64,000 nucleotides of DNA from Bacteroidota bacterium (GCA_041695045.1 JBGFRR010000063.1:5754-69753), one strand, 5' to 3'; positions 20,940 to 31,043 are shown, counted from the first letter of the stretch. Program-made: numbers and translations. The notes: generated by a model not told the origin, from the sequence alone.

Positions 20940-22031
20940 TCAATCTCCGAACGACGTTCCGACAGCGCGCGCGGCAAACACCAACTGCGAGTCGGGCGGG
21001 ACTGTGCGGAGTTTCATGATCGCTTGTTTGACCGGAACGGCAACAACATCGGAGCCGCGCAGGCTGACCATGTGCCCGAACTTTCCTTCGGAGGCGATCT
21101 CGACAGCCATGGTGCCGAACTTTGTCGCGAGAATCCGGTCGAACGGCGTTGGACTTCCGCCGCGCTGCAAATGACCGAGCACGGTCACGCGTGTCTCAAG
21201 CCCGGTGTTTTCCGTGATCTGCTTTGCCACGTACTCACCAATGCCGCCTAGACGCAATGGGTCGGTGCGCTTCGCATCTTTTTCCTTCACCACGAGATCC
21301 TCGCCGGCCGGTTTTGCTCCTTCCGCAACGCAAACGATGCTGAAACGCTTCCCGTGTTTGCCCCGCTCTGAAACCGCCTTATAGACTTTCTCCCACACGA
21401 ACGGAATTTCAGGAATCAAAACCATATCGGCGCCGCCGGCCAATCCGGCCCCCAGCGCGATCCAACCCGCATACCGCCCCATCACCTCCACCACCATCAC
21501 CCGATGATGGGCGGATGCGGTCGTGTGCAAGCGATCGATCGCTTCGGTTGCCACTGCAAGAGCGGAATCGTAGCCGAACGTTTGATCGGTGGAGGAAAGG
21601 TCGTTGTCGATCGTCTTCGGCACACCGACGAAATTCAGCCCCAGGCCGGTGAAGCGATCGACGATATGCATCGTTCCGTCGCCCCCAATGGCAACCATCG
21701 CATCAAGCTCCCATTCCCGGTAATTCCGGATGGCTTGCTCCGAAAGGTCGCGCGTCTCGATACCGTTCTCCGTCTGCACGGGGAACCGGAATGGGTCGCC
21801 TTTGTTCGACGTTCCGAGAATCGTGCCGCCGATGTTGAGGATGCCGGCAACGTCCTTCGGCGTGAGCTCGTGCATTCGCCCCTCTACCAACCCCTCGAAG
21901 CCGTCTTCGACGCCGATGACCTTCGTGCCGAAGTACATCATGGCGGGCTTGGCAACGCTCCGGATGACGGCGTTGAGTCCCGGACAATCACCGCCGCCGG
22001 TCAGGATTCCAATGCGCTTGAGTGTTTTCAT
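20940..22031 (-). CDS. pfkA: 6-phosphofructokinase
   Basis: 363 aa; ILTGGGDCPGLNAVIRSV and GGDGTM motifs of the PFK family. Confidence 0.85.
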   Translation of the reverse strand: MKTLKRIGILTGGGDCPGLNAVIRSVAKPAMMYFGTKVIGVEDGFEGLVEGRMHELTPKDVAGILNIGGTILGTSNKGDPFRFPVQTENGIETRDLSEQAIRNYREWELDAMVAIGGDGTMHIVDRFTGLGLNFVGVPKTIDNDLSSTDQTFGYDSALAVATEAIDRLHTTASAHHRVMVVEVMGRYAGWIALGAGLAGGADMVLIPEIPFVWEKVYKAVSERGKHGKRFSIVCVAEGAKPAGEDLVVKEKDAKRTDPLRLGGIGEYVAKQITENTGLETRVTVLGHLQRGGSPTPFDRILATKFGTMAVEIASEGKFGHMVSLRGSDVVAVPVKQAIMKLRTVPPDSQLVFAARAVGTSFGD

Positions 22032-22196
22032 TTCGACCCCCTCCAGAATGTGAGCGAAGTGCTGTGGGACATGCGTTTAGCCTTAGCTCTTCGTGAGTGG
22101 TGAGTAGATATGGGTGTTTGGTCGTTCATTCTGCAGACTGTACGTTGTGAGGGAGTCTCCCGAACAGCGTTGCGCGGCTCATCGTATCTCTGTGTT

Positions 22197-25100
22197 TCAT
22201 CTCGTTTCTGTGCTTTGCGGCCGTTCGATCCACTCTCGATTGCGGATACGGCACGCTGTTGAGAAGTCGCACCACGTGCAGGCGTACTTCACCCTCTCTT
22301 CTGTCGTGAGCGGAAAACGGCCGGCAACGATACCCTCAAGCGAATGCTGTAAGCTCCCGATGGCTTGATCGATTTCCCTTCGGAACTCTTCGTCGGTCGG
22401 TCGCTTCCCCCGTTTCTTCTCGGGAACGAGCAGAGCGGGCGCCGATTCGGAAACGAGCCAATCTTTTTCCGTTACGGATTCCCTCAGTTGGAGAAAAACT
22501 CCAGCGCCCGCCTTCATCGGTTTACCCGCGTGAGCAGTCAGGATTGCTTCCATTGCCGCAAGATATACTGCAAGTTGAACGCTGATGCTGAGCTCGCGCT
22601 CTTTGGCATTTGGCAACCTTCCGGTCTTGTAATCAATAATCGCAAACCTCTCTCCGGCGACGTCGATGCGGTCAACCTTTCCACGGAGCCGCACACCGCC
22701 GAGTGAGATCGGATCGGGACAGGGAAGCAGAGGATCTGATTCGACCGTTAGGCCGGTTCCGCGGCCGAAGCTCACTTCAAAATATCGGGGTACCGCTTCC
22801 ACTTCGCGTTGTCGCTCAAACTCGAGAAACGAGTGAAGAATACCGGGTGTGGTCGATGAGCCGAGGAGTTGTTCGCGGTCGAATTCCCAGAACACATCAT
22901 GGATTTCTACCTCTTCAAGTCTGCGCCGAACAATTGCCGTCAGTCGTTCCACGGCATCACGAAACTCACGGTCGGAGCAGTCTCTCAACCTCGGCAGCTT
23001 GTTTGTCCGCCGCTCATCGAAGAATTCAAACAATGCGCCGTGGAGAATGTGTCCTTTCTCAAGCGGGGAGAGTCCTTCCTCGACCTCCGGCACTACTCCA
23101 AGTCTCAACACACGTTGCGCGAAGAATTGAAACGGACAGAGCGCGTACGCCTCAAGTTGGCTCACGGAATACACGCGTTCCTTCCATTGACCGAGCGAGC
23201 GCTTGGCCTCCTCGGCAATCGATGCGAGAATGTCTCCTTCATACTCCGGCAACGCATGAGTGAGCCATCGGCTTCGCTCTACGTGTCGCACATGGTCAAT
23301 GAACGAGAAGTCATCAGCCAGCGAACGCTCCTGCAAGCCTTGTGTCGGTTCTTGACCGTAGAGATGAAGCGCCTCGTTGCGGGAGAGAACCCATCGCGTG
23401 GTTCCCTCGTGCTCATCAACCGTCCGGTGTTCGGTTTGAAGCGTCTGCAACAGGGCGTCGATCAATGTCGAGCGAACCAACTCGATTTCGCCATCACGCT
23501 GCGGATAGGTGAGGAACACATGGCGGGAATGATTTCGCACGGCTTGATAGAACAGATAGCGGTTCTCAACAAGATGATACCGCTCCTGCCGCAACTGCCG
23601 CGGCTTGCTGAGGAAGATTTCTGGCTGATACGGCAGGGGAAATTCGCCGTCAACGAGGCCCGACACAAACATCACGTCGAAGTCGATTCCCCGCGTTTCT
23701 TCGATGGTCGTTACGAGCACGCCATAGCCCGCGCGCTGCCGGATGTTGTAGCGCGCGTGCTGGATAGCCGTGCGGAGCCGTTCAACGTACACGTCGATCG
23801 AGAGCGCATTGGATTCAGCGCCCTGAATCTGGAGGATCTGCACGACCTCGTCGACGACCTCCCGGAAACGTTCGAGCGCCCGGAGGTCTCGCTCCAACGC
23901 TTCCGCATTCGAACTGCCCGCGTGCAGGGCGAAGAGGCGGTCGAGCGTATGAAGCCGTTCGAGGAGCGCGAGAAGCTCACGCCGAAACGCCGGCGGCGCG
24001 AGAGGCTCCGCAAGCGGACGCAGCAACTCTTGAAGCCATCGCACATCGACTTTGGCTTTGCGGTACTGGACAAGCGATCGCTCGATACTTGCCTCATCAA
24101 GCTCGTCATGCGGAGAGCGAAGCGCATCCTCCGTCGCATGAATGCGGCGTTCGATCACTTCCACCCACCGGTCTGCGCTGAAGGAAAGTTTCAGCTCGCT
24201 TGCGACCGTGATCAGATTTGCAATATCGATGGCTTCGTCGCCATCGCCAAAGCTGCAGTATGGCGATGACAGTGCGCGGATGACGTCTTTTCGGCGGAAG
24301 TTGTTCCTCGCAACGTCGACCAGTGCCATGATCCCGATAACGAGCGGCGACTGCGCGAGAACGTAGCGGTCGGTGATGTTGACCGGCACGCCGTACTCCG
24401 CAAAGAGTTCGCGAACAAGCGGCGTGTATGTATCGGACTGATACGTGGCGACGCAGATTTTGCTGGTATCGTGGCCGGGGTGGTCGATGAGCCATCGCTT
24501 GATTGTCCGGACAATCGCTCGAACTTCTTCCCCGCGATCACGACACGCGAGCACCGTCATGCGGTCGCGGTAATCACGGGATTGCGGCGACGGCTGAAAC
24601 AGATTGCGGGCGAGATGGACGCCAAAATCCTTATCGCCGGGAGGCTTCAGCGTTAGCATTTCAACAAGCGGGTCGGGGTGTTCGATTTTCGAGAAGCCCA
24701 TCTCAAGCAACGCCTGATAGCTCTCTTCAAGATGGCCGAACACTTCCCGGTTTCCTTCGAAATAATCGAACGAGATGAGCGTTGTCAACGATCGAACTCC
24801 TGAGACAGCGTTGAGCATGACACGCTCAGGCTGAGAGAATTCATCGAAGCCGTTGACAATCAGGACGTTCGCTTGAGGGAACCCCGTGCGGATCCACCGC
24901 TCACCATTATTGGAGGCGAGCGCAGCATTGAGCTCTTGGTACACCCCACCGAGGTCAATGAACCGGTCATCTAACTTTTGTTCGTAGCGCTCATAGATGG
25001 CGGCGACGTCGGCTAATTTCGAGCGCTCACCGCCTTCGATCAACCCTTTGCGTTCAAGCTCCTGCAATTCCTCAACGAGGTCACGCTGATAGACGCCGCT

Positions 25101-25505
25101 CTCTTTCAGCGTCGTGATAACTCTGATGACGCGTTCAAGCGTGCCGGGTGGAATTCTTCCCCTGCGCCTGCTGAGTGAAAAGTATGCGAGCTTCCCTTCG
25201 TCCAGCAGTTCGCGGACGGCATCTTCGAAAAGAATTGCCTGAATGGAAGGACTCAGGTCTGCGCGCGGTGGACACGCGTGCCGGTGGAGCGCGCGGGCGA
25301 ATCGCTCAAGCGTAAACAATTGGAGTCCTGCCGATACTTGTGCGGGTAGGGCTGCGACAAGACTGCGTTGAAGCTCGCGGATTTTTCTATTCGTCGGGAC
25401 GATGATGATCAAGGAGGAGGGGTCGCTCTGCTCTACGTTGTGCCGAACGAACGAGCGCAACCCATCCGCAGAACCCGTGAAGTTGCGTATGAGATAGGTC
25501 AGCAT
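22197..25505 (-). CDS. addB: AddB-like PD-(D/E)xK nuclease subunit with Fe-S staple (partner of the AddA-like helicase)
   Basis: About 1100 aa from the ATG at 25505 (MLTYLIRNF...), with a degenerate N-terminal helicase-like region. C-terminal nuclease motif (FAIIDYKTG) and Cys cluster CTWCDFSTAC (Cx2Cx5C) plus an upstream Cys, as in AddB. Confidence 0.75.
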   Translation of the reverse strand: MLTYLIRNFTGSADGLRSFVRHNVEQSDPSSLIIIVPTNRKIRELQRSLVAALPAQVSAGLQLFTLERFARALHRHACPPRADLSPSIQAILFEDAVRELLDEGKLAYFSLSRRRGRIPPGTLERVIRVITTLKESGVYQRDLVEELQELERKGLIEGGERSKLADVAAIYERYEQKLDDRFIDLGGVYQELNAALASNNGERWIRTGFPQANVLIVNGFDEFSQPERVMLNAVSGVRSLTTLISFDYFEGNREVFGHLEESYQALLEMGFSKIEHPDPLVEMLTLKPPGDKDFGVHLARNLFQPSPQSRDYRDRMTVLACRDRGEEVRAIVRTIKRWLIDHPGHDTSKICVATYQSDTYTPLVRELFAEYGVPVNITDRYVLAQSPLVIGIMALVDVARNNFRRKDVIRALSSPYCSFGDGDEAIDIANLITVASELKLSFSADRWVEVIERRIHATEDALRSPHDELDEASIERSLVQYRKAKVDVRWLQELLRPLAEPLAPPAFRRELLALLERLHTLDRLFALHAGSSNAEALERDLRALERFREVVDEVVQILQIQGAESNALSIDVYVERLRTAIQHARYNIRQRAGYGVLVTTIEETRGIDFDVMFVSGLVDGEFPLPYQPEIFLSKPRQLRQERYHLVENRYLFYQAVRNHSRHVFLTYPQRDGEIELVRSTLIDALLQTLQTEHRTVDEHEGTTRWVLSRNEALHLYGQEPTQGLQERSLADDFSFIDHVRHVERSRWLTHALPEYEGDILASIAEEAKRSLGQWKERVYSVSQLEAYALCPFQFFAQRVLRLGVVPEVEEGLSPLEKGHILHGALFEFFDERRTNKLPRLRDCSDREFRDAVERLTAIVRRRLEEVEIHDVFWEFDREQLLGSSTTPGILHSFLEFERQREVEAVPRYFEVSFGRGTGLTVESDPLLPCPDPISLGGVRLRGKVDRIDVAGERFAIIDYKTGRLPNAKERELSISVQLAVYLAAMEAILTAHAGKPMKAGAGVFLQLRESVTEKDWLVSESAPALLVPEKKRGKRPTDEEFRREIDQAIGSLQHSLEGIVAGRFPLTTEERVKYACTWCDFSTACRIRNREWIERPQSTETR

Positions 25506-25563
25506 GATGTTTGATGGGATGCTGCCGTCCCGTCCACCAGAGGCGGACGGGATGGGATGCCGT

Positions 25564-26673
25564 TTAGCGGGATGAGAAGGCGTCGAGTTGAGACCGGTCA
25601 TTCCCTTCCGGCAACGTTTGGACGCTCTTGAGACGCTCGCTAAACGCACTCAACTGCTTGTCGGCCTTGTCGTAGTTGCTTTTTGCGTTTGAGAGTTGTG
25701 TGCCGAGCGTTTCGAAGATGCCCATGAATTTCTCTAACTCCGTGTTCAACCGCGCGAGGTTCTGGTAGATTTCCTTCGCGCTCCTCTCGATTTGCAAGCC
25801 CTTCAAACCGAGAGCAATGACCCGCAGGTGGGCATAAAAGCTGTTCGGGGAGACCGGCACAACGCGCTTGCTCGCGGCGTAGCCGTAGAGGCCGTTCTCA
25901 TGGCCGAACGCATCGTCCTTGATGATAGTCTCGTAATAGATATTTTCGGCCGGAATGTACATCAGCGCGAAATCGAATGTTCCTTCATCCGGCACAATGT
26001 ATTTCTGAGCGATGGCGTCGACATGTTTCTTCACGTCTGCAACGAAGGCACGCTGCGCAACCCTACGCTCCTGGTCGGATTTCGCATCGACCATCTTCCG
26101 AAAATTTTCGAGAGGGAACTTTGAATCCACCGGCACCTTCCCTCCCGCCGTGTTGATCACGGCATCGACGGTTTGGCCGTTCTTGAACGTGAACTGCATC
26201 TCAAACGCGTTCGCCGGAAGAACTTGCTTCAGCAGGTCTTCGAGCAAGAGTTCGCCAAGCCCACCGCGCAGTTTTGGTGCGCGCAGCATCTCCTCCAACT
26301 TCGAGACACTCTGGCCAAGCTCTTTGATTTCTTGCGTCGCCTGACCCAGCTCGCCGAGTTTGTTCTGGACATCCTGAATAACCTTCGCCGCAGTATCCAA
26401 CCGCGTTCCCACTTGACCGGTTTGATTCGTAACGACCGACAACTGCTGATGCACGGCGTCGCGTGTATCCCTGAGCGCGTCATTGATTGCCGTGATCGTG
26501 TTCGTCAGATTCTGATGAACCTCGGCGCGCATAGCCTCTACTTGCTGCTGGATGAGCAGAGCGAACTGGCTCGGGTCTACCGCGGACGTGCTCTGCTTGC
26601 GCAACAACAGCGCAATGACCGCGGCCTTCAAAACAACGATGAAAACAATCAAGATGATCGTGAGGATATCCAT
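25564..26673 (-). CDS. rmuC: DNA recombination protein RmuC
   Basis: 369 aa; N-terminal TM helix, long coiled coil, and a C-terminal RmuC domain (AFDFALMYIPAENIYYE...). Confidence 0.8.
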   Translation of the reverse strand: MDILTIILIVFIVVLKAAVIALLLRKQSTSAVDPSQFALLIQQQVEAMRAEVHQNLTNTITAINDALRDTRDAVHQQLSVVTNQTGQVGTRLDTAAKVIQDVQNKLGELGQATQEIKELGQSVSKLEEMLRAPKLRGGLGELLLEDLLKQVLPANAFEMQFTFKNGQTVDAVINTAGGKVPVDSKFPLENFRKMVDAKSDQERRVAQRAFVADVKKHVDAIAQKYIVPDEGTFDFALMYIPAENIYYETIIKDDAFGHENGLYGYAASKRVVPVSPNSFYAHLRVIALGLKGLQIERSAKEIYQNLARLNTELEKFMGIFETLGTQLSNAKSNYDKADKQLSAFSERLKSVQTLPEGNDRSQLDAFSSR

Positions 26674-26815
26674 AGTGTAGTTGAGACAGAAAGATTACGG
26701 AACGAACATAGGGCGACGGAAAACTGTTTTGTGCTCTCAGAACGCTGCGTGGTTCAAGGGCGCAATCTGTGAATATCAGCGTAATCTGTGGTTATCGTTT
26801 TTCAAGAAAACGAAT

Positions 26816-27844
26816 TCAATCCCGGACACCGTACCGACGTTTGACGGCAGGAATCAAGTACTCCTCGAACGAACGACGGAAATCGTACTTCGGCTTCCAT
26901 CCCCACTCCGTGCCGGCGAGCGAGTCGTCAACATCGGCAGGCCAGCTATCGACGATGGCCTGTCGGCGCGGGTCGGGGCGAAATTCGACCTTCATGCCGG
27001 GAAATGCAGGCTTGATGATATCCAAAAAATCTTTCGCCATCACGCTGAACGCGCGAATGTTATAGACAAGCTGCGTGAGGTTCTCCGCCGGAGCCGACTC
27101 AAGTACGAGCAATGCGTCGATTGCATCGGGCATGGTCATGAAAGGAAGTGTCGCTGTCTCAGGCACGAAGCATTCGTAGGGAATTCCCTGCGCGGCGTGA
27201 TGAAGCATCTCCGGACCATAGTCGCTTGTGCCACCTGTCGGAAGCGTCTCGGCGCTGATAAGCCCCGGAAAGCGAAGCGCGCGGAAATCCACCTGACCGC
27301 CCAACGGCTGAGGATCAATCTGTCGGTAGTATGAGGTGTAATACAACCCCAGTTGTTCACAGTACCGCTTGTTGATGCCGTACATCGTACGGGGATTCAA
27401 GTGCTCGGTTTCTTTCACCTTGCCGGTTTTCATTTTCGCTTCAAGACTCGTAAAACCATAGACGGCAATTGAGCTGGGAAAGAGGAACTTCACCCGTTCG
27501 CCCGTTGCGCGTGCCTGCCGTGTTGCAAGCTCAAGAAGGTTGAGCGTCCCATCGACATTGACCCGATGGCCGAGCACTGGTTCCCGCTCCGCCTTGGTGG
27601 AGAGTATGGCGGCAAGATGATAGATGGTATTGAAATCGTAGAATGCCGCCAAGCGATCGATGAGCACAGTGTCGAGAACATCGCCGACGATTGCCTCGTG
27701 GCACTGCGACCTCAGCGCTTTTTCGATGGGATGAACATCAAGCGCGATAATACGGAGGTCTGAGTTCTTTTGCTTCAGCCGGGAAATCAGGCCGTGGCCG
27801 ATTTCTCCGTTTGCGCCGGTGACAAGCACCGCTTTTGTGAACAT
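26816..27844 (-). CDS. tdh: L-threonine 3-dehydrogenase (NAD-dependent epimerase/dehydratase-type)
   Basis: ATG at 27844 (MFTKAVLVTGANGEIG...), Rossmann GxxGxxG. The extended SDR fold and the adjacency to kbl support the Tdh assignment. Confidence 0.75.
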   Translation of the reverse strand: MFTKAVLVTGANGEIGHGLISRLKQKNSDLRIIALDVHPIEKALRSQCHEAIVGDVLDTVLIDRLAAFYDFNTIYHLAAILSTKAEREPVLGHRVNVDGTLNLLELATRQARATGERVKFLFPSSIAVYGFTSLEAKMKTGKVKETEHLNPRTMYGINKRYCEQLGLYYTSYYRQIDPQPLGGQVDFRALRFPGLISAETLPTGGTSDYGPEMLHHAAQGIPYECFVPETATLPFMTMPDAIDALLVLESAPAENLTQLVYNIRAFSVMAKDFLDIIKPAFPGMKVEFRPDPRRQAIVDSWPADVDDSLAGTEWGWKPKYDFRRSFEEYLIPAVKRRYGVRD

Positions 27845-28118
27845 AGATTTGTTTGACTGTCCTGAGTGATTGCCACGAGCTTCCTTGCCTGCCGGAGTTC
27901 CATGAACGTAGGCGGGAGGTCGTGGAGAGGAGATATGTACAATCAAGAGCTTTAACCCTCAGTAACATTGAGGGGGTTAAAACCCCTCATTGTCTTCTAC
28001 TTTTCGCCCACGAGCTGAAGCTCGTAGCAAGAGCCTCTAAGAGGTTGAAAAAGCCAAAATCGTGGCCCGCGAAAGACGCGAAACACGCTAATATGTTTTC
28101 TTTTCGCGTTGATTCGCG

Positions 28119-28140
28119 CCTGCCTGCAGCAGGCAGGTGT
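28119..28140. repeat. Palindromic repeat CCTGCCTGC-N-GCAGGCAGGTGT (copy B)
   Basis: Lies in the 338-bp kbl-tdh intergenic spacer. Matches the 17799-17820 copy at 21 of 22 positions. Confidence 0.6.
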
Positions 28141-28182
28141 TTAGCGGGCAATTGAAATCGTTTTTCAACCTGCTAAGCCAAT

Positions 28183-29397
28183 TTAGATGACTCTCATCCG
28201 CTTACCAACTTTTCCAAACGCGTTCAGCGCACGGCTGAGATCTTTCCGCGTGTGTGCTGCGGAGATTTGCACCCGAAGCCGCGCCTCACCTTTCGGTACA
28301 ACCGGATACCACAAGCCTTTGACGTAGACGCCGGCCTTCAACAGCCGTGCGCTCATCTCCTGAGCGATCGCGGCCTCACCCAACATAACCGGCACAATGG
28401 GATGGGTTCCCTCGACGATCCTGAACCCTAACTCGCGAATCGATGTTCGGAAGAAGCGTGTATTCTCATGCAACCGCTTGACAATCGAGCGGTCTTTCAT
28501 CAAGAGATCGAACGCCGCACTCGTTGCTGTGACGACTGACGGAGGAAGAGAATTGGAAAACACGTACGTGCGCGCTTTCTGTCGGAGATACTCAATCAAT
28601 GCTCTCGACCCGCTGATGTAGCCACCTGCCGCGCCGCCGATGGCCTTGCCGAGCGTACCCACGAGCGCATCGATCTTGCCGAGCACACCCTGTTCCTCCG
28701 CTACGCCGCGCCCGGTTTTCCCCACGACACCAATGCCGTGTGCGTCGTCCACAAACAGCAGCGCGTGGTAACGCTGTGCCAGTTCAACGAGCTTCGCCAG
28801 AGGCGCTTGGTCCCCCTCCATGCTGAATACGCCGTCGGTCGCGATGATCCTCAGACGATAGTCTTTCTTCGAATCCTCTTCCAGCAGTCGCTCGAGATGC
28901 GCCGCGTCGTTGTGCTCATAGATTCTCTTATCGGTCACTTCCGGTCGGCACAGGCGCTGACCGTCGATGATGCTCGCGTGATTCAGCCGGTCGCTATAGA
29001 TCACATCCCGGTACGATTCCATGCCGAGTTTTTCGTTCGTCAGCGCCTGGAAGAACCCGATGTTGGCCGCAAACGTCGATGAAAAGAGAATCGTGTCGTC
29101 GGTCTTCAGGAATTTTGAAATCTTCTTTTCTAACTCGCGATGAATCGTTTGTGTGCCGCAGAGGAACCGCGCCGAAGCCACGCCGTAGCCATAGCGCTTG
29201 ATGCCCGCAATAGCCGCTGCACGAACCTTCGGGTGATTGGACATTCCGAGGTAATTATTGGAGGCCAGCATGACGACCTTTTTGCCGCCGACCTTGACAA
29301 CGCCGTCCTGCGGCGATTGAAGCTCCGTTTCGTACTTGTAAGTTTGCGATCGTTCCAGCCGAGCGAGTTCGGATGAAAGCAGTTCCTTGAAAGTCAT
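28183..29397 (-). CDS. kbl: 2-amino-3-ketobutyrate CoA ligase (glycine C-acetyltransferase)
   Basis: 404 aa; PLP-dependent AOS family, N-terminus ...SNNYLGMSNHPKVRAAA..., typical Kbl. Confidence 0.9.
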   Translation of the reverse strand: MTFKELLSSELARLERSQTYKYETELQSPQDGVVKVGGKKVVMLASNNYLGMSNHPKVRAAAIAGIKRYGYGVASARFLCGTQTIHRELEKKISKFLKTDDTILFSSTFAANIGFFQALTNEKLGMESYRDVIYSDRLNHASIIDGQRLCRPEVTDKRIYEHNDAAHLERLLEEDSKKDYRLRIIATDGVFSMEGDQAPLAKLVELAQRYHALLFVDDAHGIGVVGKTGRGVAEEQGVLGKIDALVGTLGKAIGGAAGGYISGSRALIEYLRQKARTYVFSNSLPPSVVTATSAAFDLLMKDRSIVKRLHENTRFFRTSIRELGFRIVEGTHPIVPVMLGEAAIAQEMSARLLKAGVYVKGLWYPVVPKGEARLRVQISAAHTRKDLSRALNAFGKVGKRMRVI

Positions 29398-29458
29398 CGT
29401 AGGAAAATTGATTAGGTGGTCAACAAAGGGAAAGAGCGAGTGATGTTCTTGTTATGTC

Positions 29459-31039
29459 TCACGGTGAAGAAAACAAATTGTATCCATTGGAGCTTATGAT
29501 ATCTTTCAACTCTGGTAGCTCAGTAAGAAGAAACTCAACATTAGCACTCGAAAGCTCTTTCGGTTCGAGTTTGTGCAAACCCCCACCGTAAATTCGACCT
29601 TCTCCAACAAGAGATTCAGTAGGGATCTTCTTGAATGCCTGCCAGATTCGTTCGATGAGATCAAACCAGCTTGCTGCTTCACTCCGTTGAGACTTCGGAT
29701 AAAGCATGAGATACACATTGGGCGCGATCGCCTTTGAACGGTTAAGAATAAATCTAAACGGATTTAGTCGGTCCGCTGTTTGACGTCCCATATATGAACA
29801 TAAAATTGGAGCAGGTGGTCGAAATTCCTGTGAATACCATGGGGTACGATGGCTACAAATATAATGACGGTGAACTTTTCGATCGACTCCCTCTTCATAA
29901 TACTCCCAGAGTGACGGGTAACGTTGTTTTACTTGAGATTCAGGCAACGAACACGATACGAGGAAAAGTTTTTTCTCCAGAATCGGGTTGCCCTGAGAAT
30001 CTGCCTCAATGATATCTTGTTTGACGTAACGCGGACTTGGAAGTATCGGGATAAGAAACTGCGAGGGTAGTTTCAACCGTTGTATTTCTTCATCCGACAG
30101 AATGAAAAAATCATTAGCTCCAGTTGCTATACCACGCTTGACCTCAAAGAGATCTCCTAAAGTCAACGCGGGTGGTTTTCGCGATTGTTTTTGTAAGGCT
30201 ATGCTACTCCATTTGGGCATACTCTTTAACTCACTGATTGGAACCGTTTTGGACCATTGAGGTTTGGCGAGAGAACCAAACGAAAATTCAACTTTGTCAG
30301 TAAGCTGTGGACGTGTTTTCCTAAACCAAACGAGAGACGATGACACCAGGGCATCATTGAATTGAACTGTTGACGCGTTAAAGCGATGAATCCGCAGCAA
30401 AGTGACAGCATTGAGTAAGTATTTCTTTACCTCTCTACCGTACTTGACGTCCATAAATTCGCTTGGAATGAGCCAGCAGGCAAAACCAGCATCCTGAAGC
30501 CACTCGTGTGCGTAAAGAAGAAAGTAACAGTACAATCCTGCTAATCCATTGAGCTTGAATCGAGTAGTTGTTGCTACCAATCTTTGAAGCTTTTGTTTCT
30601 CAGACGTTCGAATATGGTGGTGACGAACGTAGGGAGGATTACAGATAATAAGATTGGGCTTGAGGTCATCTCGATCAGGCAGCTCGAGTTTAAAGAAATC
30701 TTCAATATGGAGTTGCAGGGGATTGCTCGCCCATAATTCGTGAGCCTTCGCTCCGTAGTGAGCATCAATCTCAATGCCTGTTGCGGATTCGATTTGGTCA
30801 AGAGGAAAAACATTCAGCAGTGCTGAATAAAAGGCACCAGTGCCAAATGCAGGATCCAAGAAGCGAATCTTAAACCCGCGCGGTAAGAGAGTCTGCGTGG
30901 AACGCAGTATCTCTCTGGCCAGCTCAAAGGGAGTCGAGAATTGACCCAGCTTGTTCCTCTCAGCATGAGTCTTCTTCGAATCAAGTTCGCTCTGAAGATC
31001 GAGACGTTGAGACTCAAGAATATGATCCCACGTGTTCAA
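29459..31039 (-). CDS. Gamma-class N6-adenine DNA methyltransferase (TaqI/Eco57I-like) with a long C-terminal target-recognition domain
   Basis: 526 aa; motif I FLDPAFGTGAF and motif IV NPPY (LIICNPPYVRHHH). TTG start at 31039, 5 nt after the stop of the upstream endonuclease gene. Visibly AT-richer than the flanks. Confidence 0.85.
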   Translation of the reverse strand: MNTWDHILESQRLDLQSELDSKKTHAERNKLGQFSTPFELAREILRSTQTLLPRGFKIRFLDPAFGTGAFYSALLNVFPLDQIESATGIEIDAHYGAKAHELWASNPLQLHIEDFFKLELPDRDDLKPNLIICNPPYVRHHHIRTSEKQKLQRLVATTTRFKLNGLAGLYCYFLLYAHEWLQDAGFACWLIPSEFMDVKYGREVKKYLLNAVTLLRIHRFNASTVQFNDALVSSSLVWFRKTRPQLTDKVEFSFGSLAKPQWSKTVPISELKSMPKWSSIALQKQSRKPPALTLGDLFEVKRGIATGANDFFILSDEEIQRLKLPSQFLIPILPSPRYVKQDIIEADSQGNPILEKKLFLVSCSLPESQVKQRYPSLWEYYEEGVDRKVHRHYICSHRTPWYSQEFRPPAPILCSYMGRQTADRLNPFRFILNRSKAIAPNVYLMLYPKSQRSEAASWFDLIERIWQAFKKIPTESLVGEGRIYGGGLHKLEPKELSSANVEFLLTELPELKDIISSNGYNLFSSP

Positions 31040-31043
31040 TTTC

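Noticed and set aside
19971-21251. 426-aa plus-strand ORF
   Set aside because: Antisense to the well-supported qor-like and pfkA genes. No recognisable motifs. A typical GC-rich antisense artefact.
22869-24269. 466-aa plus-strand ORF
   Set aside because: Entirely antisense to the AddB-like gene. Low-complexity composition.
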